Shown here: positions 54,292 to 64,000 of the stretch, one piece after another
Layout: the number at the start of each line of letters is the position of its first letter
Position numbering within the stretch: the stretch's first letter is position 1
DNA from: Eledone cirrhosa
Lineage: Eukaryota
Reading direction: 5' to 3'
NCBI GenBank assembly: GCA_964016885.1
Contig: OZ024746.1
Location: forward strand, 100,936,001-101,000,000
Length of the DNA stretch: 64,000 bases
Notes under the pieces: model-generated
What the model was told of the DNA's origin: nothing
Databases searched by the model: none
What the model saw: only the letters and a program-made list of their open reading frames with translations
Translations under genes and position numbers: made by a program

Positions 54292-55100
54292 GAGAGGCCT
54301 TTTACATAGGGTAGACAGACTGTGGTCAATTTATCCAAAAAGCATACTATCCACTCCAATTAGGAAGGGGAGAGAGGATGAAACCCATAAATTGACCACA
54401 GTCTGTCTACCCTATGTAAAAGGCCTCTCAGAAAATATATGCGGTCCATATGACATCAGGACAGTATTCAAGAGTAATACAACACTTCGTAATATCTCCT
54501 TCGAGTAGAACCACCAATAGAAGAGAATATGACCAAAGACTGCGTGTACTCCATCCCATGCAGTTGTGGTAGGTTATACAAGGGTGAAACAGGCCGCCCC
54601 TCAAAATAAAGATAGAAGAACATCGTAAAGCTGTGACACGAGGAGAGATCGATAAATCGGGTATAGCTGATCATGTATGGAAAAACGAAGACCACCTTCC
54701 CCTGTGGGATGAAGTTAAAATAATAGACAGAGAACACCACTGGAAAACACGAAAACTAAAAGAGGCGGCACATACGCTAGGACACAATAACCTCCTAAGC
54801 AGACCTAGTGCAGATATGAGTAGTATATGGGAACCGGTATTGAGGAAGGATAGAAAAATATCAGTTGATAAGCCCTAAAAATTCACAAGAAAAAAAAAAA
54901 AGTGGTTAAAACGTGGGCTACTAACCTCAAGATTCTGAGTACAATTCTAGACAGTGACCTGAACGTTAATAATAACATCACTAGGACACCGAAGGCTGGA
55001 GAGTACATCAGCCGAAACGTTGTGTTAACAGAACAAGATGAAGACACCTATCTGTCCAATATATATAATGTAAATAATTCCTCATCTCAAAATTATAGAA
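54292..55100 (+). mobile_element. Penelope-like element 3' part (GIY-YIG endonuclease) with an inverted 5' segment
   Basis: VCLPYVKGLSE, CVYSIPCSCGRLYKGETGR, KSGIADHVW, RKLKEAAH; 54292-54334 is the reverse complement of 54387-54429. Confidence 0.88.
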
Positions 55101-55127
55101 CAGTATATTATATATATATATATATAT

Positions 55128-55680
55128 ATCATTCGCTTTTCCCTGCTTGCAAGGGTGGGATGGGTCCTATTCAGCAACTCTGCATTCATCACAGTCTTTC
55201 ATCATCTCCCCTGTGAGCTTCAGTGATCTGAGCTCAGTTCTCACCACCTCCATCCATGTTTTTCGTGGTCTTCCATCCATCGGAATTTCTTGGCACTTCT
55301 TCACCCAGCGGTCATCCTTCATGTGCATCACATGTCCATACTATCGCAGCCTTCTCTTCCGCACACTACAGTTTATCTATTTTATAAACAATTTCACTCT
55401 CAACTCGTCTATGCTTGGTCATTCACACACATTGACATTGCACATCCAACGGGGCATGCTTGCTTTATTTCTCTCCAGCCATCACATATCTTCCGCAGTT
55501 GCTGCCCATGTCTCACTACCATGCAGCATCGCGCATCTCACACAGGCATCATATAAACCTTTCATCATATAAACCTCTGTCAACAGAGGAAGCAGCTCCC
55601 TAAACTTTTTCCATCCTGTCCTTATTCTAGATATATGGCCTCGGAGCATCCCCTCCCTTGCTAATCTGATCAACTAGCTA
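55128..55680 (-). mobile_element. Degenerate RTE LINE fragment
   Basis: SRIRTGWKKFRELLPLL...LYDACVRCAMLHGSETWA. Confidence 0.85.
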
Positions 55681-55723
55681 TCAGAAGCTATCAACCACTT
55701 CTATAGATCCTACCTGCATTATA

Positions 55724-56581
55724 TCTATATATCTAAAACAGAGAATGTCTGTCTGTCCCCCTAAAACTCAAGAACCACCCAACTGATTTTTTTCAAACTT
55801 TACACATGTAATACTTATGGTCGTGTGAGTGTTTTGAGCAAAAAATATTTCAAATTTTCAATGCCCTAGGGACCGTATTAGGCAAAAAACTGCATATTTT
55901 AGGCTTTAAAGGCTTTTTTTAGGCATAACAGAACAATAATCCAGGCAATTTCTTCAAAATTTGCATTACTTATGTCGTTTAAAGTGTTTTGAGCAAAAAA
56001 GATTTTCTTATTTTTTGCCCCAGGGACTGCATTAGGCGAAAAACCGATTTTTTAAAGCATTTTGATTGTGTTAGGGCCTGTAACTCGAGAAGTACCGAAC
56101 CAAATTTTTTTAAACTTTGCATATGCATTACTTATGTTCCACAAATTTTCTTGACTGAAAAAGATTTCAAATTTTTGCCCATGGACTGCATTGTTTCGCA
56201 TTTTGGTTGCATTAGGGCCTGTAACCTTAAAAGTATCCAACTAAATTCCTTCATGCTCTCCACCACTGCAGTACCACATGCTTACTGCTCTGTAACTATT
56301 GCTTTCATTGTACCATAGCACAACAAATACATGTTCGGTTTGTCGAATGCCTTTTTACTTAACCCTATCGTCTTGGCTTTCGTGGGTTGAACATTTTACG
56401 GTCAGGCACCCAATTAAGTTACACCCCTGGTAATCTACGACAAATTTTTTTTATAAGCACAAAATGTAGACACCATCCCCAGGCCGAGGTATTCCGTACT
56501 TCTCTGTACTGTTTCAGAAAGGAGGGATAAACATGCCAATCTATGTTTAGAATCCCGAGCAACGCCGGGCCATTCTGCTAG
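55724..56581 (+). mobile_element. Non-autonomous Helitron
   Basis: A|TCTATATATCTAAAAC...(GTCT)n 5' end; CCCGAGCAACGCCGGG hairpin then CTAG|T; internal degenerate subrepeats. Confidence 0.88.
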
Positions 56582-56592
56582 TATATATATAT

Positions 56593-57088
56593 TGGGATGA
56601 GGTGATAGAAGCTGATCTTGCCCAATTGCACCTCTCAAAGGCGATGACACAGGACCGAGATCTTTGGCGTTACACACTAATACAGAAGACTTCCCACGGG
56701 CACAGGCCGATGCTAAAGCATATATGCAGTGTGCCCCACCCCACCCTCCCATGAGGACAGGCTGAAGTATACATCCCGTGAAGTCCCCAGCCCACACTGT
56801 GGTTCTGTGGTTGTCACGACAAAATGTAACCAGTCCACACTGTAAACTGGTCATGTAGGTGTCACAACAGAAAGCACCCAGTCCACACTGTAAAGTAGTC
56901 ATGTGGGTGTTGTGACAAAAAGCACCCAGTACTCACTGTAAATGAGGTTGGTGTTAGGAAGGACATCCAGCTGTAGAAACCAAGCCAAAATCAGTTCTGT
57001 TTGAGCTAGATATGGTCACCTGACCTATCATTGCCCACAACAGGACAACTTGTCTAACCCATGCTACGTAAAACAGTAATGATGATGA
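56593..57088 (+). mobile_element. RTE LINE 3' end
   Basis: WDEVIEADLAQLHLSK remnant, 3'UTR modules and GATGATGAT tail. Confidence 0.85.
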
Positions 57089-57185
57089 TATATATATATG
57101 GTTATTCTCTTCTTTGAGACTGTCCAGGTGTTGTATAGTTATAAAGGTGGGTTTTTTTACATCTTAATTTTACCTTTATTATATA

Positions 57186-58833
57186 CTAGCAGATTTATCC
57201 GGCGTTGCTCGGGGTGTGAAATTATGCTAAGAATATACAGCTAGGAAGTAAAAGAAGAACATTATTTGTCCCCAACCTGTCAAAATAAGCAGAAGTCTTC
57301 AATAATTAATGCAAACGAATATTTAGTGCAATCTTTGTACACATAAAACTATGTTGATAATGAAGGAAAACACTGAACAGGATGTAGTTACACAAATGAT
57401 TAAAGACAATACACGTTGCAAATCTGTAAAAAAAACAGGCAGTTTTGCTAAAGTACAAAAAGTTGTAATGAAAGCAGAGTTGTATACAAACAAAAAAACA
57501 ATGAGTAGAATAAGAGAAAATCTATTCTTTGAGAGCATCCTTTGCTGTGTATGGTTAAATTTTGAACTTATAATCCAAAATATCCTGCATGACATATTCA
57601 TTGGTATATTTTGTGTAAGGTGAAGTCAAGGCAGAGCTGTAATAAGTTTTTTTGTTAACACTAAAGCACTTCAGGATAGACGATATTCTTTGTTTTTCTT
57701 TTCGGAACAAACGCAAAGAGATTATCTCGACTGCCAACTCGTGAGCAGGCACCGTAGAAAAGCAAGGTTCATCCAAGTGAATTCCAGTAACGGACAGAGT
57801 TTGACCTTGCGACTTGTTTATGGACATCGCAAAGGCAACACGAAGGGGAAATTGGGTTCGCCGAAAGGAGAAGGGAGTATCCACGCCTGATGTAGTCAGG
57901 CTAATTTTTGTTATTATCACATCCTCGCCTTTTCCACATCCAGATAGAATGGTACCGTCAATACTAAGTGGAGACAGTTTTTCAACCACAAGGCGTGTAC
58001 CATTGCATAGTTTTGGAGGAGTGATATTTCTCAGCAAAATAACTGGAGTTCCCTCTTTCAGAACCAATTAGGAGGTAAACCAGCAGGATTTAAAGAATTT
58101 AGAAATTCAACTGGATAGTTGACCGCATCCTGTGGATCACATACAGTATCAATAGATTTATATATCCGTGGACATCCAGGAAGAATCCTGTTCAGTATGT
58201 TCCTTCATTGTCAAAAAAGTTTGATGCGTACGAATACAGCTGGAAGCATAGATAATGCCTGCCTCAAATGTGGACGAAATTACTTTAAAAATGTAAAAGC
58301 TGTAAGTCCCAATGATTTGAATGGAAAGTCCCATAACGATTGTTCTAAAAATAAACAAACCATCATCAAAATCTCGTCAATTCGAGATTGCTGCGAAATT
58401 AGGCCCTTAACGCGAAAATTAACACTTAATATAGTAAAACAAGTTAAAACAACAAGGGTTTTTTTAACTTTGAAAGTGCAACAAAGAAACAAACAATAAT
58501 ATTAGTGATTTATCTTCAAATGAATCTGATGTTTATATTTCTGAAATTTCGTCCGACGATGATTGTTGTTTTAAAATTGAAAACGAAGGTCTCCATATCT
58601 CACTCTTTATAAGGATTGTCAATAAAGTTGGTTATCTCCCTTACATCAATTTTGCTACCGATAATTTTGATATCCGTGGGTCGATTTGAAAAATTTTTGT
58701 GATGTGACCATCTTAGCGACCTGTGCAACGTGCACAGAAAATTTGGTCAAATTCGGTTGGTAATTGTAAAATCCTTAGGTATCCAAAGTTGTACACAGAC
58801 ACACACACATCCTCGCTTTTATATATATAAAGA
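57186..58833 (-). mobile_element. Internally deleted Helitron carrying a PIF1-like helicase remnant (about 57690-58140)
   Basis: TC start at 58833 and CTAG|T end at 57186 with the same hairpin as the 55724 element; LKEGTPVILLRNITPPKLCNGTRL...RTQFPLRVAFAMSINKSQGQTL is the RepHel helicase C-terminus. Confidence 0.92.
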
Positions 58834-58842
58834 TTTCCCCCT

Positions 58843-59050
58843 GTGGATTGGCAGTATCAGTAGAGTCGGAGGCCGTGCTTTGCAGCATAGAGTTACGGCC
58901 CTTTACTGTCAGATCAAATCCTGCTGAGGTTAACTTTGCCTTTCATCCTTCCAGGGTTGATAAAATAAAGCACCAGTAATTCACTGGGGTTGATTTAATC
59001 GACTTCCCTCTCCCCCCAAATTGTTGGCCTTGTGCCTAAATCAGAAATCA
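58843..59050 (+). mobile_element. Family A SINE
   Basis: GTGGATTGGCAGTATC head and conserved body. Confidence 0.85.
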
Positions 59051-59323
59051 TTCTTATGTATTTCCCCACTTTTATGTAGATTGTATATTCTTCACTCTAG
59101 TGGTTCTCTTATCCTTGTAACTGAAAATATTCCCGTTTTTGTGTTTCCTTCTCTATATACTGTATTATGAAGAGCCTGGTACCTATACCTTGAGCTCATT
59201 AAATTACAGGGGATTAATGTGAGTATTTAACTCCATTTTTTTCATTTGATATATAGTTATGAATGTTTGGGGAAATCCAGTACAAATATGTGCATGTATA
59301 AACATTCTCAATTCTATTTGCAG

Positions 59324-59486
59324 GGTCTATGATTTGGAGAAAGCGCCTCCTTGGAAGAAACTCCTCTACCCTTTAGAAATTCCCCAAACCTTGGATGAGT
59401 TTGCCTATAATTTGACTATATATCTTATATTTCTCTTTATTTCACTTCTAACCATAACACAATCTTGGTCATTATTGGACTTTTAG
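59324..59486 (+). CDS. TCTN2: Tectonic gene terminal coding exon (VYDLEKAPPWKKLLYPLE...IYLIFLFISLLTITQSWSLLDF*)
   Basis: TTTGCAG acceptor in the correct phase; WxxLLYP followed by a hydrophobic TM segment and a terminal W, as I recall for the TCTN2 C-terminus. Confidence 0.88.
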
Positions 59487-60079
59487 TATTCATAGAAACT
59501 GAGCAAGATTTTCAGTTTTCTTAATTTCCCAATCACCCTATGCAGCATTTCTCAACTCCAGACATGAAAACATACCACAAATCCTCTCCAACGCATACCA
59601 AGTATTAAATCACTCCAAACTGATAAGATGACTAATTCTGATTATTCTTGATTTCCACAACTGGCTTGTCCACATGAAATTCTTCAATCTGTTCATCACT
59701 GACCGCCATTGTATGGAAAAAAGGATTATCTCACTTTCTCTTTCCACTTTTCAAATTGTCAGGAACAGTCATAACCCCCCCCCCCCATTTCCTTCAGTTT
59801 TTTTCTCTTTCTTTCATCAACCCACTCCTGTTTATTGCTCTAAGCCACAACAACAGTTTAAGACTGATTGTTTGTGAGAGTTCCTATATGCTGATGACCT
59901 GGTATTGTGTAAAATTTAGCGAAGTTCCAGGCAGGGAAACAAAAGCAGGAATTAAAAGCAACTTGACAAGAAGAAAGGACCATGCTACCATTTTGGAAAT
60001 GACTGAATTCAATTTGCAGAAACCCTGTTTAGTGTATTCAGTTTAACAGGTTAACAGAAATTAACTCTTTCCAATCCAA

Positions 60080-60605
60080 GAAAGGCTTTAAAAAAGTAGT
60101 TGATAGATTCTAATACTTTGGTGTCCTAATTAGCAATGAAGGCTGGTGCTCTAAAAGCACAATAGCCATATTAAGAATAAGGAACAAGTTCAGGGAGCTA
60201 CTACCTCTGCTGGCAACAAAGGGATTCTCTTTCCAGATGAAAAGTAGATTATATGATGTCTGTGTATGAAGTGTGGTTGAGATATATACATTGAATACAA
60301 AGGATTGTAGCTAGCATGCTTCGCAGGTTGTGAAATGTTAGTGTGCATGAATTCTAAAGTAGAGATGAATTGAATGAAAAACTGGACATAAGAGGAATTA
60401 GGTTCAATGTGCAAAGGGGATGATGTTGGTATGAACATGTGGTGCTCATGGATGAAGAATTTTCAGGAGTTCTGTATGGAAGAAAGACTGAGAAAATCTT
60501 GAGCAGGTGTAAAAACTGATCTCAGGATAGTGAACCTCACAAATAAGATAATACAGGAAAGTGACTTGTGGAAAGATCCTGTACTGGAGAACACCCGTCC
60601 ATACC
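60080..60605 (+). mobile_element. Highly degenerate RTE LINE fragment
   Basis: NKFRELLPLLATKGFS remnant; ends GAACACCCGTCC. Confidence 0.7.
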
Positions 60606-61479
60606 AACATAGTATTGCACCACGTTCCTCCTTTGCCAATTTTATTTGAATATTCTCTTTTATTTTCACCAACTTTAGCTAATCTATAAAATATAAAAAC
60701 TTTTTTGTATGCAAGAGTTGATTGAAGAAATATTATTTTAGTTACGTTGTGTCATACAATTTCTTCCTTTAAAGACCACTCCATCAATTGTCATTCTCTG
60801 GCAACAAATAATAATTTATTTTATCAATTCTTAAGTGTTATTAAATTGCTATGTAAATTACAGCTCTATTTTTATAGAATAAAATAATAATAATAATGGA
60901 ATATTAATCTTATGTTTTGTATATAATTGAAATTTGCTTAAACAGAATTACTATTGCCTTATTTTATTTTGATGCCATCATGTAAGGTTTGGCATTAACT
61001 ATGCTATTCCATGTATAGAAACATACATAGAATATTATCTGAAATCAATGTGATAATATGAAGACATGATTGCAAGGTGTGCATTAAGGACTCGCTGTAT
61101 AACAATACTAAACTCTCAAACCTCCTAACATTGTCAAACCTAGTTGATCAAACCGGAAAATACTTGAGCCGAGATAGCTGATCATCTAACAAGTACAACC
61201 TACAACAATTGTTGACGCACATATTTGGTATGGTGCTGCTGCACACACACACCTTAAATGGATACTCTTTGTTGGGGATTATAACGTATGAAATATTCAT
61301 TCAGCAAAACACTACCTCTGAACTAGCAAGCTGTATACTAGCTCCATCTAGACACCTCACCTCTGTCCTCATCCCTACTGTGCCCTACGTTAATTATTCC
61401 TCAACTTGATCTCACATCTCAAAATGTCTGAGAAGGCCCTAACTAAACAATAAATTATTGTATGTCCTACAAGAATTCC

Positions 61480-61640
61480 AACCCCCAAGAGGCAGGAATG
61501 CAGCCCTGGATGAATTCTGTGACCACATCTAAACCTTCAGCAGACAACAATGGAAACAACTAAATGACCTACAACTGGATAAAGATATTGTTATAAAGGA
61601 GGTGCAGTTGTCATGATATAGAAGACACTATGAGACAATA
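61480..61640 (+). mobile_element. Degenerate Penelope-like RT N-terminal fragment
   Basis: SRQQWKQLNDLQLDKDIVIK..GAVVMI resembles the 'L..L..dkdIvIkpADKGgavVi' block. Confidence 0.5.
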
Positions 61641-61898
61641 CATACTATGAAGAAGCCAAGAAATATGTAGTGGATACGTAAAGCCTTAGTGACGTCACTG
61701 GGGATAAATAGGCAGCAAAAGGTTACTTACTGCCATCTTTCCACACCAGACACGGTCTTTGCGACTAACTCATTACTTTATTCTATTACACTGCTAATAC
61801 TCTGAAGCCTGAAGACATTTTACACAAAACTATTGGACATTTATTGGACTTTCATTCAATAAACTTCAAAGATACATCTTGTTATTTCACTGCTGACT

Positions 61899-62380
61899 AG
61901 GGTGGTGGGTTGGCAGTATCGGAAGAGGGTCGGACGCCATGTTAGGGTGTGGATTGGCAGTATTGGTAGAGGGTCGGACGCCATGTTAGGGTGTGGATTG
62001 GCAGTATCGGTAGATGGTTGGATGCCATGCTAGGGTGGTGGGTTGGCAGTATCGGTAGATGGTTGGATGCCATACTAGGGTGGTGGGTTGGCAGTATCGG
62101 TAGAGGGTCGGACGCCATGTTAGGGTGTGGATTGGCAGTATTGGTAGAGGGTCGGACGCCATGCTAGGGTGGTGGGTTGGCAGTATCGGTAGAGGGTCAG
62201 ACACCATGCTTTGACGCATAGAGTTACGACTTTTTATGATCCGAGTTCAAATCCCGAGGTTAACTATGCCTTTCATCCTTACGGGGTCGATAAAATAGAG
62301 TACCAGTCACGCACTGAGGTTGATTTAATCGACTTTCCCCTCCCTCAAAATTGCTGGCCTTGTGCCTATATGAGAAACAG
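61899..62380 (+). mobile_element. Family A SINE with a 7-fold tandemly amplified 44/45-bp head
   Basis: Seven copies of TAGGGTG(G)TGGRTTGGCAGTATCGGTAGAGGGTCGGACGCCATG precede one SINE body; flanked by GTTATTTCACTGYTGACTA duplication. Confidence 0.9.
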
Positions 62381-62422
62381 TTATTTCACTGTTGACTATC
62401 TTGCTATGATTAACAAACCAAC

Positions 62423-64000
62423 ACCACAACACACCTACCAACTACTCATCACTACACCACAACACACCTATCAACTACTCATCACTACACAACACACCTA
62501 CCAACTACTCATCACTACACCACAACACACCTACCAACTACTCATCACTACACAACACACCTACCAACTACTCATCACTACACCACAACACACCTATCAA
62601 CTACTCATCACTACACAACACACCTATCAACTACTCATCTCTACACCACAACACACCTACCAACTACTCATCACTACACCACAACACACCTATCAACTAC
62701 TCATCACTACACAACACACCTACCAACTACTCATCACTACACCACAACACACCTACCAACTACTCATCACTACACAACACACCTACCAACTACTCATCAC
62801 TACACCACAACACACCTATCAACTACTCATCACTACACCACAACACACCTACCCAACTACTCATCTCTACACCACAACACACCAACCAACTACTCATCTC
62901 TACACCACAACACACCAACCAACTACTCATCACTACACCACAACACACCTATCAACTACTCATCACTACACCACAACACACCTATCAACTACTCATCACT
63001 ACACCACAACACACCTATCAACTACTCATCACTACACCACAACACACCTATCAACTACTCATCACTACACCACAACACACCAACCAACTGCTCATCACTA
63101 CACCACAACACACCTATCAACTACTCATCACTACACCACAACACACCTATCAACTACTCATCACTACACCACAACACACCTACCAACTACTCATCACTAC
63201 ACCACAACACACCTATCAACTACTCATCACTACACCACAACACACCTACCAACTACTCATCACTACACCACAACACACCTATCAACTACTCATCACTACA
63301 CCACAACACACCTACCAACTACTCATCACTACACCACAACACACCTATCAACTACTCATCACTACACCACAACACACCTACCAACTACTCATCACTACAC
63401 CACAACACACCAACCAACTACTCATCACTACACAACACACCAACCAACTACTCATCACTACACCACATCACACCAACTACTCATCACTACACCACAACAC
63501 ACCTACCAACTACTCATCACTACACCACAACACACCAACCAACTACTCATCACTACACCACAACACACCAACCAACTACTCATCACTACACCACAACACA
63601 CCTACCAACTACTCATCACTACACCACAACACACCTACCAACTACTCATCACTACACCACAACACACCTACCAACTACTCATCACTACACCACAACACAC
63701 CAACCAACTACTCATCACTACACCACAACACACGTATCAACTACTCATCACTAAACCACAACACACCAACCAACTACTCATCACTACACAACACACCAAC
63801 CAACCACAAATCACTAAACCACAACACACCTACCAACTACTCATCACTACACCACAACACACCAACCAACTACTCATCACTACACCACAACACACCAACC
63901 AACTACTCATCTCTACACCACAACACACCAACCAACTACGCATCACTACACCACAACACACCAACCAACTACGCATCACTACACCACAACACACATACCA
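62423..64000. repeat. Minisatellite, 33-bp unit ACCACAACACACCTACCAACTACTCATCACTAC (30-bp variant), continues off the window end
   Basis: Direct periodicity; almost no G on the + strand. Confidence 0.97.

Noticed and set aside
57555-58067. Host PIF1 helicase gene
   Set aside because: Fragmentary, frameshifted and enclosed by Helitron termini.
59257-59323. Upstream alternative acceptor for the last tectonic exon
   Set aside because: In the required phase it reaches TGA at about 59330 and loses the LLYP/TM C-terminus.
59487-60900. Polyadenylation site of the tectonic gene
   Set aside because: ATTAAA (about 59604) and AATAAA (about 60878) are present, but such hexamers are uninformative in AT-rich DNA without transcript data.
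62423-64000. Telomere or degenerate telomeric repeat
   Set aside because: C/A-rich but no TTAGGG/CCCTAA; it has a 33-bp unit.

Overview
AT-rich, repeat-dense eukaryotic genomic DNA. The SINE and RTE-LINE families suggest an octopus or other cephalopod (inference). One host gene runs through almost the whole window on the + strand: a tectonic-family ciliary transition-zone gene, most like TCTN2. I can read 11 phase-consistent GT-AG coding exons from 4265 to the stop at 59486 (about 760 codons); the N-terminus lies upstream of the window. Roughly 27 kb (about 40%) is made of about 11 different minisatellite arrays with 21-49 bp units, and these generate all the very long 'ORFs' in the track. 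The rest is transposon debris: a near-full-length but disrupted RTE LINE plus many truncated copies, tRNA-derived SINEs, five Helitron insertions (one carrying a PIF1 helicase remnant), Penelope fragments, a piggyBac relic and MITEs. I see no convincing new protein-coding system. The most interesting pattern is that several arrays have visibly grown out of the sequence they sit in. The best case is a 49-bp unit repeated about 83 times, which looks like one zinc-knuckle repeat of a decayed CNBP-like pseudogene.
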